Shown: positions 1 through 12,244, numbered from the stretch's first letter. The stretch: 44,388 nucleotides of DNA from Octopus bimaculoides (GCF_001194135.2 NC_068998.1:25059286-25103673), one strand, 5' to 3'. Notes: generated by a model from the letters alone, not told the origin. Numbers and translations: made by a program.

Positions 1-263
1 TATATATATATATATTATTTTGCTTAAAAGAGTTCCAACACTGTCTGTTTTTTATGTTTTATTTATATTCCTGCAGAACTAATGTGGGGTATAGAATATG
101 GAATATACAATATATAATATGATATACAATATACAATATAAAATAAAATAAAATAAAAATGGATGGCACCATGAAAGAAAGTATTGAATGTAGATGAAAT
201 ATTGAGTGTTCAATATAAAGGATCAAATATATAAATATATAAATATAAATATATATATATAAA

Positions 264-303
264 GGCGACTCGAGTTTCAGGGCTATTTCCCTTCGTCATG
301 GCC
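264..303 (-). ncRNA. Minimal type I hammerhead ribozyme-like motif (Penelope/retrozyme type), with one extra nucleotide in the core
   Basis: Minus strand reads GGC-CAUGACGA-AGGG[AAAUAG]CCCU-GAAA-C[UCGA]G-UC-GCC. Stem I is GGC/GCC, stem II AGGG/CCCU, stem III palindromic ACUCGAGU, cleavage triplet GUC. The core has an extra A relative to CUGANGA. Confidence 0.55.
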
Positions 304-1132
304 GGTATGACAGACTTTAACAGACTTTATGGGCATTACTCTACATAAATGCCACAGGCTAGGAGGGACACTTAAAGTCAGAACTACAATAATTAACTAA
401 TAAACACATTGTACCGAATGTCAGGGAATGCATCTCTTGAAGCGTGCCTTTTAAAAAGAGATTCAGCTGCAGATCATATGGTTTCATAATTAGTGCACAA
501 AATGCACATTTTAATCGTCAGTGCAGGCATAATAAAGAAACCTAAAAATGAACAAAAAATCAACATACCAAACGAACACCGAATGTATCAAGCATAGTAC
601 ATAGAATCGTTCACCCCTATATATCTATGTAAGAGAGAGACTTTTCGAATTGCATCTCGGTACACGTGTTTATTCAGAATAAATTTCAGCACTTGAATAT
701 ATTCCGTTTAAATTTACAATTTAAAAATTGTATATATATATATATATATATATATANNNNNNNNNNNNNNNNNNNNNNNNNNNNNNNNNNNNNNNNNNNN
801 NNNNNNNNNNNNNNNNNNNNNNNNNNNNNNNNNNNNNNNNNNNNNNNNNNNNNNNNNNNNNNNNNNNNNNNNNNNNNNNNNNNNNNNNNNNNNNNNNNNN
901 NNNNNNNNNNNNNNNNNNNNNNNNNNNNNNNNNNNNNNNNNNNNNNNNNNNNNNNNNNNNNNNNNNNNNNNNNNNNNNNNNNNNNNNNNNNNNNNNNNNN
1001 NNNNNNNNNNNNNNNNNNNNNNNNNNNNNNNNNNNNNNGTGTGTGTATAATCACACACATATATATACTTAGAAAACATATATATATATAAACACACACG
1101 CGCATATATAAACATTTATATGATGTATACTG

Positions 1133-1950
1133 AATTTATGGAATGAAATCCCATAAAACTCAACAATTTTGTTTAAAATGGATAAGAGATGTTAAAATAT
1201 ATAAGTGAATTTTAATTGATGCAGAAGATCGTTTCGTAGAGAGATATATAAATCATGCAAATTCATAGTTGAATTGAATTAATAAAAGTAATTAAATTAA
1301 TTATATATATATATCAATGTTCTCTCTTCAGTGTAAGAAGTATAAACAAAATTTATACAGAGGACATGAGAAAGTAAATAGCTGAATAGAATACAAGAGA
1401 TTCATATTTATTCTTATGAGAAAAAAAAAAAGCTACGTGAGTCCAGTTAGGTATTAAGTGTAACTAAAGGTTATAACGTTTATTTGAAAATATAAGTAAA
1501 AGGGGTTTTAGAGACGTTCTCTCTATAGATGAGTAAGGAGATTGGAGGGAACGTCTCTGAAATCTCTTTAGAGGGAACGTCTCTAAACCTCTTTTACTTA
1601 TATTTTCAAATAACCGTTATAGCCTTTAGTTACACTTAATACATAACTGGACTCACATCTTATTTTTCTCATAAGGATAAACATGAGTCTCCTAGATCCT
1701 ATTATGATATTCCCTTTCTCAAGTCCTTTGTGAAAATTGTGCTTATACTTCTTGCACTGAAGTGTACATTGATATATAATTAATTAAATTAAGTTAGTTA
1801 ATTCATTTCAGCTATGAATTTGTATAATATCTAAATCTCTGTACAAAATGATCACCTGCGTGAATTAAAGTTCTCTTATATATTTTAACATCTTCTCTTC
1901 TCCATTTTTAATAAATTTGTTGAGTTTTATGGGATTTCTTTCCATACATT
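1133..1950. mobile_element. Long imperfect palindrome (foldback/MITE-like), arms about 390 bp
   Basis: 1133-1523 is the reverse complement of about 1568-1950, e.g. GAAATCCCATAAAACTCAACAA vs TTGTTGAGTTTTATGGGATTTC and TATTAAGTGTAACTAAAGG vs CCTTTAGTTACACTTAATA. The inner part is roughly 90% identical by eye; the outer part has indels. No ORF. Confidence 0.8.
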
Positions 1951-2235
1951 ATACGACACGTTATATACAAGTATTATTTTCATATTCGCAAATTTACGCA
2001 TGTAAACTACCAGCAAAATATGAAGAATCAATATTAGAAATCTGTTTTGGAAATCTCCAAATTAAAGGATGAATCTAATTGAAACATTTTACACCTATAA
2101 ACACACACACATACACATATATATTTATTGAAAGGGAGAGTAAGATTTTTTTTTATTCTCAAACGCGTGATAATGCTAATAAAATAGCATGAACAAAATA
2201 AATTATCCATACATTGCAGAAAAATACGATACCGG

Positions 2236-2302
2236 CCAGCCACGACACTCGAACTCACATCCCTGTGATTAAGCGTCAAGTGCCTTACCATTAAGCTAAA
2301 CT
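2236..2302 (-). mobile_element. tRNA-Lys(CTT)-like SINE head or tRNA pseudogene
   Basis: Minus strand TAGCTTAATGGTAAGGCACTTGACGCTTAATCACAGGGATGTGAGTTCGAG has an A box, a B box and a tRNA-Lys-like anticodon arm (..CTTAATC.CAGGG). The acceptor stem does not pair. Confidence 0.6.
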
Positions 2303-2429
2303 ACTCAGTAATGGCTTCGTCTGAAATTTTAGAACTTATAAATTGTGCTTCATAAGACGCTAACGTGAAATTCAACTTACGATGAAAGTAAACAAAGTTT
2401 GGTTTTAGAAGCTTTGAGATGTTTTGAAA

Positions 2430-2702
2430 GACACACAAATTAATTTTTTTAGGAGTTTATGATTTACCATTTCTGGATATCCACAGTCACAAGAGACATA
2501 TTTTGCAAAAAAAAAAACCGACACACACCAATATTTAAATTTCTACTCTTGCCATTCATCACATATCAAAAGAACCACCCCATACAGCATGGTAAGACGC
2601 ATCTGTGCTATAGTGACTGACACCAAAATTCGTGAAATCCGACTCAACGAACTCAGAAGCTTCCTCACAATGCAGAAATATCCCTTAGAATTAATTAATG
2701 AG
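2430..2702 (+). mobile_element. Penelope-like element reverse transcriptase remnant (C-terminal RT/thumb)
   Basis: Manual translation with frameshifts: DLPFLDI...KPTH/QYLNFYSCHSSHIKRTTPYSMVRRICAIVTDTKIREIRLNELRSFLTMQKYPLELINE. This matches the PLE pattern LPFLD..YRKPT..YL.F.S.HP.H.K..IP....RRIC. Confidence 0.8.
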
Positions 2703-4323
2703 CAACAGATGATATAGATGCAAACTCAACTGTTGGCCCTGATGGATTCCAGAAATCCTCGTCAAGTCATGCAATAGAGTCCTTGCAATACCATTGCAGC
2801 TACTTTTACAGAGCTTTCTCACAAATGGTAAGCTCCCAGACAACCTAAAGAAGGGAATAATGTACACTATCCATAAAAGAGGAAGTAGCGCAGACGCTAG
2901 AAATTATAGGCCTGTCTTTCTGACTTCACACATGAGCAAACTCATGGAGCGAATAGTCCGAAGGAAATTAATTGCATTCTTTGCAGAGAATGACTTGCTG
3001 ATTGACACCCAGCCTGGTTTTTGACTAGATAGAAGCTGCCGGACACAGCTCTTGCAGCATCACGACTGGGTGCTAAAGTAGCTGCTCAAGAACTCAAATA
3101 TGGACGTGATATACCTCGGCTTTGCAAAAGTCTTTGAGAAACTCGACCATGGCATGATGTCTCCAAACTCTTGGCATATTTGAAATGCTTGGAGAATGGC
3201 TACATAACTTTCTAAAATTTGTGGTGGTCAATGGGACCATCTCCAAGAAAACACAAATAACGACTGGTGTGTATAGGGCACTGTCCTGCGGTCACTACTA
3301 TTTATAGTGGCCTTCTCTGACGTGCCTTCAGCTGCTCAAGTAGCTACCTTTCCAAGATATGCAGATGATATGAAGGTCTCTCATAGGATACAGAACCCCG
3401 GACAGGTTGTGGATCGGCAACGAGAGTTGGATGCAATATACAGGTGGGCTAAAGCAATTAACATACAGTTTAATGCTGGAAAATTTCAAGACCTGCGCTA
3501 ATTACACAAAAAGTGCAATGAAAACCAAATAGAATACACTGGAACACGAGGAATTCCAATGCCTGAATCAAAATCAGTGCGTGACCTGGGCGTTGACATG
3601 AATAATGATGCATCTTTCCAGGAGCACGTTTTTAAGTTGGAAATGAAATGCAGACGTCTGGGCGGGTGGATCCTTTGAACTTTCAGAACAAGAGAAAAGG
3701 AAACCATGATGGTTTTCGGGATGATTTTCGTTCTCGGCCGTAAGGATTACTTCTCCAAACTGTGGTCACCAAACAGTGTAAAATCAACGACGGAACTTTT
3801 GATGAAGCAGAGAGGCTACACGAAGAAAATCGATACAATGCGTGATATCAGCTACTGGGCGAGATTAGAAGAGTTAAGGCTCTACTCCTTGGAAGGAAAG
3901 CGGAACACATATGCAATAATATAAATGTACACAATCCTCGAAAAACGTGTTCCAAACTTCCGGATTTTCACTTACACAGACAGCCGGATGGGGCGCTACT
4001 GCATGTTACCAAAGGTCTGAAAATTGCCATCAGAATACAGGAACAGATACAACAACAGCTTGTGCTTCAAATAACCTCCCACAAAGCTTGAGAGACCTGC
4101 ATGGCATGGATGTAGGCTTTTTCAAAACAAAACTAGATCGTCTTCTGTCAAGAGTTCCGGATGAATCTACCTCTGGGCAAGAAACACAGATGAAGGCAGT
4201 AATGTGAAACGCCCTCATCCACCAAATGTCACATACCAGAGGAGGTTCAGTGAAAGTGTAGCAAATTAAACGGTGGTGCCCCAGCATGGTTGCAGTTCTT
4301 GGACTGAAACTTTAAAAAAAAAA
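2703..4323 (+). mobile_element. 5'-truncated, decayed CR1/L2-group LINE (RT plus 3' UTR and A tail)
   Basis: Fragments GPDG..PLQLLLQSFL..KRGSSADARNYRPVFLTSHMSKLMERIVR, DVIYLGFAKVFEKLDHG, RYADD, SYWARLEELRLYSLE and LPQSLRDLHGMDVGFFKTKLDRLLSRVPDE, with several stops and frameshifts. Ends GACTGAAACTTT(A)n. Confidence 0.9.
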
Positions 4324-4355
4324 GAATGAGTAAAAGTGATGCACACACATACATA

Positions 4356-4416
4356 CACACACACATGCACACACATGCACACACATGCACACACATGCAC
4401 ACCCATGCACACACAT
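4356..4416 (+). repeat. 10-bp tandem repeat (ACACATGCAC)n
   Basis: About 5 consecutive copies visible. Confidence 0.85.
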
Positions 4417-5775
4417 GTATAATGCAAAATAACTTGCATTTTTTTGTCTTTAAACAATAGTTAAAATCAGATATAAATAGATATATATATATATATATTT
4501 GTACATGCATATATACATGCATGTGTATCTATGAACATACATACACAAGCATACAGAAACACATACGTAATTATCTATGGTGTTCCTCATTTAAAATAGT
4601 TAAGAATCTTTAGCAATAATTTTCACAAATACAAAACAAAAACGGTTCCCAAATATTTAGGGAAAAAGAAATGATTCTGGACCTTTTTTTTTTACTGTAA
4701 ACGGTTAATATATAATAAAGCCGAGTAAAATAGAGACAGTAATAAAAGAAGATGATGAAATACACGATAGGAAAACCTTTTAGTAAATCCTTAAACATAA
4801 ATTTGATGTCAAATCATAAGTGCTTCTGCCAAAATTCATATTTCTGCCAAATCGTAATTCCTCAATAAACATATGTGTGTTTCCAACTGCTTTCAGTTAA
4901 TAAATACAAGACCGGCTATTTTATGTATCGAACATATTTTACTTCTGTGATAAATCTTTCTTAGTAAAATTTTGATGTCAGCATTAAGCCATGCGTTATA
5001 ATCATATTTTATATTTTCTTAAACATAACATTTATCAAAAACTCAACAAGCAAACACGTTTTGTTATCCGCAGTAACATGAAGTTGTGACTAGAATGTCT
5101 TTAAACATTTTGTCATTTTAATAATAACATACGAGATAATTTAATCGTAGATATATTATGGAGAGAAAATTTTGAAATGTCACAACTAATGCGGTTGTCG
5201 AATGATGAAATGTTTGAATGCATATGATAGACAAATGATTTTTAGCTTACACCTATACCTGCGTACCCGAATTGCTCAATACTTGTTACTCAATTTTGAC
5301 TTAGAAAACCTAGATTTTAACAATTCCACATGTCTCCAGCCATGATTTGTATACTACATAAACAATAATTACTTTGTCATAAGACAAGGAAGGAACTTTA
5401 CGTTGTAAAGTACATCAAATATGATATACTGTAATATATACTGCATACATATACTGTTTAAATATTTTATAACATATAATGTCACGGGACAAAAGTCTTC
5501 CATCATAGAATTATTCAGTCAGAGTAACACATTTTGGTTAACATTTTCAAAAAAGCAATAACATCATGATTATTTAAAAATTAACATTCGTATAAAATCA
5601 TATTGTTAATCCATGACAGCTTCATGTCTAAACTGTCATAACATTTATGAAAGGATGAAAAACTCAAGGAATCAGGAAAACTAGTCTTGGGATGTGATAA
5701 GGTTATTGCTAATGAAAGCGATTGTGTTTTGAGTGAAAATGTAGTGCGAAATTATTTTTCGGTACTTCATATATA

Positions 5776-6447
5776 TTCGCTCATCCCATAAATAATGAGA
5801 TGTTTTCACTTGCATGAACTAGAAGTCGGAGTGCGACGGGATAAACTACCTGCATCAACTTGCTATAACAGCAGGTTGTAATTTTGCATTGTACTTATTC
5901 TTAGTGAAAATTTGAAGAGTGCAGTTCGATTTTAACACTTATTTTTCAAAGCTACAATGGATGTGACAAAGAAGCATATTCTGCTTATTTCGCTTTATGA
6001 GTTCAATAAAGGCAGCACCGGAATGGAAAGTGCGAGGAATATTAATGCAGTATATGGGGATTGGACATTAAGCATAAGCCAGTGTCAAAGGTGGTTCCAG
6101 AAATTCCGAGCCGGAAGCTACAGGCTAGAAGACGGGACTCGTCCTGGAAGATCTGTAGAACTCGACGAGGACGTCCTGCAAACTCTGATGGAACAAAATC
6201 CCATCGTATCTGCAGAGGAACTAGCAGAGAAGTTTGGATTTGATCATTCAATCAGTCATTCAAGTCAGCGCTTGAAGAAAACGACCGGCTTTGGTTTCAA
6301 GACGTAAGGTGTTCCCCTATCAGGATAAAACTGGGCTACATACAGCGAGGATGACATTCCAAACGCTGGGGCAGTTTGGATGGGAAAGGTGCCCCACCCA
6401 GGAATTTTGTTTATCTTAAAAACCGCATTATTTATGGGATGCCCTAA
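5776..6447 (+). mobile_element. Internally deleted mariner (Tc1/mariner) element with both TIRs and TA target sites
   Basis: Left end is TA|TTCGCTCATCCCATAAATAATGAGATG. The right end read as reverse complement is TA|TTAGGGCATCCCATAAATAATGCGGTT. Transposase fragments lie between. Confidence 0.85.
5957..6403 (+). pseudogene. Mariner transposase remnant (N-terminal HTH plus a fragment around the second catalytic Asp)
   Basis: MDVTKKHILLISLYEFNKG..ESARNINAVYG..QCQRWFQKFRAG..LEDGTRPGR is the mariner HTH region. After a frameshift it reads KRPALVSRRKVFPYQDKTGLHTARMTFQTLGQFGWE../VPHP, corresponding to KRP..HDNA.PH...GWE.LPHP. YSPDL and the C-terminus are absent. Confidence 0.85.
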
Positions 6448-6803
6448 TATATATATGTATACATGTATGTATGCATATATATATATATATTTATGTATGT
6501 ATATATACACACATATATATATACATACATACATATATATATAAACAGACATATAGATATATACATATAATTACACATACATACACACACACGCATATAT
6601 ACACACGTTGTGAAGTGAGATTCGGGTAAAATCCTCGCAGAATACTGTGCAAAAGTCATCCACAGTTATTGGCTACCTGATGCCATCATACAGAGATGCA
6701 CATACTACCGAATATACTTCAGGAATTGCATAGTTCTCATGGAGTTTATACCACTAGATCAAATACAGAATTGGAATTAACGAGAATCGTTTTTCAAAAC
6801 TGA

Positions 6804-6919
6804 TACAATTGCTTTCACGCATTGTCTCCCTTATAATTCATTGCTGAGCCAAAATCAGCGCTACAATTGCTTTCACGCATTGTCCACCCTATAATTCATA
6901 GGTGAGCCAAAATCATCGT
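6804..6919 (+). repeat. 58-bp tandem duplication
   Basis: TACAATTGCTTTCACGCATTGTC...ATAATTCA...TGAGCCAAAATCA occurs at 6804 and at 6862. Confidence 0.9.
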
Positions 6920-8025
6920 TGTCCAGGCAAAATCATCTTACATCACAGAGCAAGGAGGCACCTCCTCATGTGACTGTGTAAATTACTATATTCTCTCATA
7001 ATTTTACTCAGTTTAATAATGTATGCCTATATTGATGTCCTCATTTTACTAGTTCTAAGACGGAAGTAAGTAGAGAAATAGTGCGTCAAGATACACAGAT
7101 GAAAAAATTCATAGACAAAAAAAAAAATCGACAAATGAAATCAAAATACAGATACGAATAATAGTACCAAAATATTGAAAGAAATAGTAAAAAATTTCGT
7201 TTGGATATAAACTTCTATTGTAATGAGTAAAGGGGAGAGAGAATTAGATAGACTAGAAAATACAGTGGAGAAGAAAAGAAAAATAGCCGTTTAAATATAG
7301 TAAAGAGATAAACAGGTTTCAACTGTCCAGTTCAGTAAATGTCAACTGCTTCTTCGTCTGCTTCCTGAACATAAAGTTCTATTCTTTCTCTTCTAACAAA
7401 CCGTCTTCCCAATTTTAAGACTCGGATAGAGTTTATATTTAGAGTTAATTTATTACCGTCCGGTATAAAATATATTATTCAAACGTTAAGAAATGATAAG
7501 CTTGCGCGTGTGATAAACCATCCCACACTTGTATTGTGCTTTAAAAACACGACATGGTGTTCATATATATATATATATATANNNNNNNNNNNNNNNNNNN
7601 NNNNNNNNNNNNNNNNNNNNNNNNNNNNNNNNNNNNNNNNNNNNNNNNNNNNNNNNNNNNNNNNNNNNNNNNNNNNNNNNNNNNNNNNNNNNNNNNNNNN
7701 NNNNNNNNNNNNNNNNNNNNNNNNNNNNNNNNNNNNNNNNNNNNNNNNNNNNNNNNNNNNNNNNNNNNNNNNNNNNNNNNNNNNNNNNNNNNNNNNNNNN
7801 NNNNNNNNNNNNNNTACGTTTGCTCAAACGTTTGTCTTAGTAATTTTTTCTTGGGGCAGAAATAAAAGAGATTGAAATAACGAACAGAAAATAGAAAAAT
7901 GAAACTTCATAATATATCTATTTGTATTTGCACATTGTTTCGTCACTTACCTACAATCACGACTTTAATAAAGTTGATCGATTGACAATACAATGTGATA
8001 TATTTATATTTTAACAGATTCAATT

Positions 8026-8139
<114 letters not shown>

Positions 8140-8684
8140 TTCATGATGCAGCACCAGGCAGTGGCTTTCATGGTTTCTGATCTTAACTGATTGGAAGTGA
8201 TATAATGTACATTGTTCTGCCTTGGTATAAAAGATTGGTTACAGCAAACACTCTACTAAATACCACAGATTTGCTTGGCAGTTGATTGACCGTAAACAGT
8301 TGAGCATATTCCTTAGTGTCTAACGATATGATCACGAGCAGAAGTAGTGAGGGGACATCATAGCCATGTGTTGAGAGGAATTATCTGGGGTTTGGATAAT
8401 TCACCTTTGGAAACATGGGGATTTCGTTCAACATCCTTGAACAACCCTTATTCAGGGACCTTTCGAGTGGGATGGGCTGCTAGACATGACGAAAATTCTA
8501 ACTGTGCCCCACCTGCAAGTTCGTGCGCTGTTTATCTTGATATGAGATCACCATGTCGCGCACATATGGTTGTGATGCATGTGCTTGGTGTACCCTTAAA
8601 AGACGGGTAGTCATGATGGGTATACTGGAATTCGTATATTTTACCACAGTGTTTACTTTGATGGCTTGTTCTGCTTTCTCACTC
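8140..8684. mobile_element. Non-coding interspersed repeat embedded in (AAT)n (non-autonomous element or LINE UTR)
   Basis: GC-richer 545-bp island with AAT tracts at both ends and no recognisable protein motif. It resembles an abundant octopus repeat as I recall it (not verified). Confidence 0.5.
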
Positions 8685-8752
<68 letters not shown>

Positions 8753-8808
8753 GGCGCACAGAGCTGCGCTCGGTAGTGAAGTGAAAGCACGTTATAAAAA
8801 TAAAACTA

Positions 8809-8843
<35 letters not shown>

Positions 8844-8850
8844 CAATACA
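8685..8850 (+). repeat. Two (AAT)n tracts (8685-8750, 8812-8850) separated by a 61-bp insert
   Basis: Direct reading; the insert is AAGGCGCACAGAGCTGCGCTCGG...AAAACTACTG. Confidence 0.9.
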
Positions 8851-9972
8851 AGTAAGTACACCCCAAAGGCGATACTGACAGACTGTATGTGCCTAGGAAC
8901 AGTGGAGTGTGAGGCCTCATAGGATGCAAGGTCTGCGTCGTCAACGAGGAAAGCAGTGTGGGATGGTACATCAAACAGCTTGCCGCTGTTTGAATTCACA
9001 ATACAATACCTACCGAAAATGTGATGCATCACAAAAATAACAGAAACAAAATGAAGATGAAAGGGCAAGGAATTGGAAAATGAAACCACTTCATGGGAAA
9101 TATCTCAGAGAAGTCGAAGGAAAAGACAAGATCAACCATTGGAGATGGCTACGAAAAACTGATCTGAAAGGATTCACTGAAGCATTGATACGCAGTGTCC
9201 AAGAACAAGCTCTGGGAACTAATTACACCAAGTTCCAAATAGATAAGAGTAGCGAATCTCCCCTTTCTAGGATGTGTGTCGGCAGAAACGAAACAATATG
9301 ACATATTGTGAGAGAGTGTAGAAAGCTGGCCCAGAAGCCCTACAAAAGGAGGTAGGATAACGTGGTTAAGGTCGTCCGCTGGAGGCTGTATGAAGAGTAC
9401 GGCTTAAGCAGAGCTCTGAAATGGTGCGAACATGAACCAAAAGGTGTCACCGAAACAAGGAATATATGGTACTATGGGATTTTACGATCAAATATGACTC
9501 GCTAATCGATGCTGGAAGACCAGATATTGTTGTAGTAGATAAAGGATAAAAGGAGGCCAGAATCATAGATATTGCAATACCAGGGAATACACGCATAAAT
9601 GACAAAGAACTAGGAAATAGTGTAAAGACGAAATTGCAAGAATGTGGACTATGAGAGAGTCTGCAATTCCAGTAGTTGTAGGGGCAATCGAGGCACTACC
9701 ATCCAGGATCGAGAAATATGTCAGAGAAATTGGAATTGAAATGAGAGCAGAGCAAGCCCAAAAACCTGCATTATTACTGGGAAGAACAAGGATTTGAGAT
9801 TGGTACTTGGATGTTGAATGTCTCCTACAATAAATAACAACCAAGTATCAAAGCCTATAGTATGCGGAAAGAGATCCCGTAAGACCTCTGACAGCAGATT
9901 AGTTTCCACTCCTGCAGAATCTACCAGAGCAAAGAATATCAAGCGCTCTGAGAAGTAAATCAATAATGATAA
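8851..9972 (+). mobile_element. 5'-truncated, decayed R4/Dong-like non-LTR retrotransposon (REL endonuclease)
   Basis: HPKGDTDRLYVPR.., KPLHGKYLRE..WRWLRKTDLKGFTEALIRSVQEQAL.TN, a decayed CCHC knuckle (SRMC..ETI*HIVREC), RR*DNV..W.L, and RPDIVVVD..IIDIAIPG (PD..D motif). Multiple stops and frameshifts; starts directly after (AAT)n. Confidence 0.85.
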
Positions 9973-10113
9973 TAGATGTAATTAAATTATAATGAATCCT
10001 CATTCATGTGTTCGCATATATTTCTACACTTTTGGTATGCGCTCTAACGATAATTCTAATAAGTCTAATTTATAACGTATAAAAGTTAATTAATATTCAT
10101 TGATGTATCATTC

Positions 10114-10171
<58 letters not shown>

Positions 10172-10482
10172 NNNNNNNNNNNNNNNNNNNNNNNNNNNNN
10201 NNNNNNNNNNNNNNNNNNNNNNNNNNNNNNNNNNNNNNNNNNNNNNNNNNNNNNNNNNNNNNNNNNNNNNNNNNNNNNNNNNNNNNNNNNNATATGTATG
10301 TATGTATGTATAATTTCATACATACATACATCCAAGGTGCGGTCAATGAACTGTCGCCCAAGTTACTCAATAAGAAAAATAACACTGACATCTCATTTTA
10401 ACAGACATATTTACCAAAATTACATAAAAATATCTTGAAATACTAATGAGTAAATGTATTCAATAAAATCGCCACTGGCTTC

Positions 10483-10710
10483 AACCACGGTTTCGGATGA
10501 TATAAGTTCCAGCCTTCATCAAGTGTCTTAGGGAAATTTCGAACCTTGGGTCTCATTCCTAAGGTATTTTTGATGTTGTTGTTGTTATTATTATCATTAT
10601 TATTATTATTATTATTCAGGTCACTGCTTGGAATCGAACTCGGAATCTTGGGGTTAGTAGACCGCGCTCTTAACCACTACGCCATATGCCCGTGGGCAAA
10701 TGGCGTAGTG
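10483..10710 (-). mobile_element. tRNA-headed SINE-like element with internal (AAT/AAC)n and a degenerate hammerhead-like 3' end
   Basis: Minus strand: GGGCATATGGCGTAGTGG (A box), GAGTTCGATTCC (B box), then (AAT)n, then TTGATGA-AGGCTG..CATCC-GAAAC. The head is preceded by its own 17-nt inverted copy. Confidence 0.7.
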
Positions 10711-12232
10711 AGGCAGCTATTTTAGTAGTTCGAAAACATAACTACAGCACAAAGAAAGACATGTATTATGTGATACATATACTCTATACACATGATATAT
10801 CACACAGTTCTTGAGGCTAACATCCTATCCTTTATTGCATTAAACAGAATCATTGAACAGCCCCACAGCTTTCTTTATTAAATAGTGCTACACGAAGCAA
10901 TAATGTTTCGCTAAGTTTACTTTGTTTTATATGGCATGATATTATATAAAGTCGTAAATAGATGGAGACTTTATAATACCGGACTAATTTTTCTTTGCAA
11001 AGATTATTTACATCTTGATTTCTAAACACAAGGCTATTTTAGTTTAAATTCAAGATATTTCCTCCACTCATTTTAAATCACTGAGTGGCATGAAATAAGA
11101 GTTGAATAACAGGGATATTCATATCGCTGTTAACTTTTAATTTTTCCATCCATAATTTGAACATTTTGAAATATATTTTAACTTACAGGAGACTGATTTC
11201 ATAAATCTCAATAACTCGCATCACAGCGCAATCGAGTGGATTAAATGCAAACTGTGTACAAAAGAAAATCAATACAAAATTTGTAGAAAATATAAGCAAT
11301 GTATAAATCTCTGAAAGTGGATATACAGTAAATATTCCTATGGCTACTGCCTCATAATGCGCTTTAATTAAAATAGGTGGGAATATAAAGGAAATGGGTT
11401 TTTACACAAGTAATTTACAAGTAACATAACATATGGCTTGAAGGCATAGGACTTTAAAAAAAGATAGCCAGAGGAATTTTTCAACCGAAATGCTTTATGT
11501 ATGATGAAATCTTTAAATACATAAGTAGGAAAATAGTAACGTCTAAAACAACATCAGTAATGATTGTAAAGTAAAATATGCGAAACACAACAATAAAATA
11601 TTACCAAGAAGCTAATGCAGTTAGCACTGTAAAAGTTTTGATTTCAGAGTTACATTCATAATTATTTAAGCTGTAACACATACGTTACTGTTAGTATCTT
11701 GACTAGCATATCTCTACTTATAGTTTGCTAATTGCAATTAAAAATACGGATATTTTCTAACGGTGATTTTCTAAAGGAATTTATTGAAATTACTTTTGAC
11801 GTAATATTAGAATCTTTAGTATTTATGACTTAAAATATTCTGTGGAAACATTTTATTTTACCTCTGGCTAAAAAGCTTATTAGTTTTGCCTCAATTTTCT
11901 TTAATAAAAAATAAATTAAAGGCTTCTAAGGTAAATATTCTATATCATATAACAGAGCATATCATATACGTTTTGCGATTTTTTAAATATCCGTTTCTGA
12001 GATAACTGTCTATAAGATGGAAGTAATAAACCATGTTTCCAAATATATGTTATAGATATATAAATCAAAATATATTTTCACATGCTTATATTGCTATACA
12101 GACTACAAACCTATTATAAAACACGTAGAATGGATACAACAATTATGAAAATAGAAAAGCATGCAAGATCAACATAGTTTACTGCAATGAATCCATTTTT
12201 AAAATTATCTCGACCTCCATGAGTAAACTATG

Positions 12233-12244
12233 GAGAGAGAGAGA

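Noticed and set aside
2236-2302. Functional tRNA-Lys gene (likewise the tRNA-like head at 10620-10690)
   Set aside because: The acceptor and T stems do not pair properly; better explained as SINE heads or pseudogenes.
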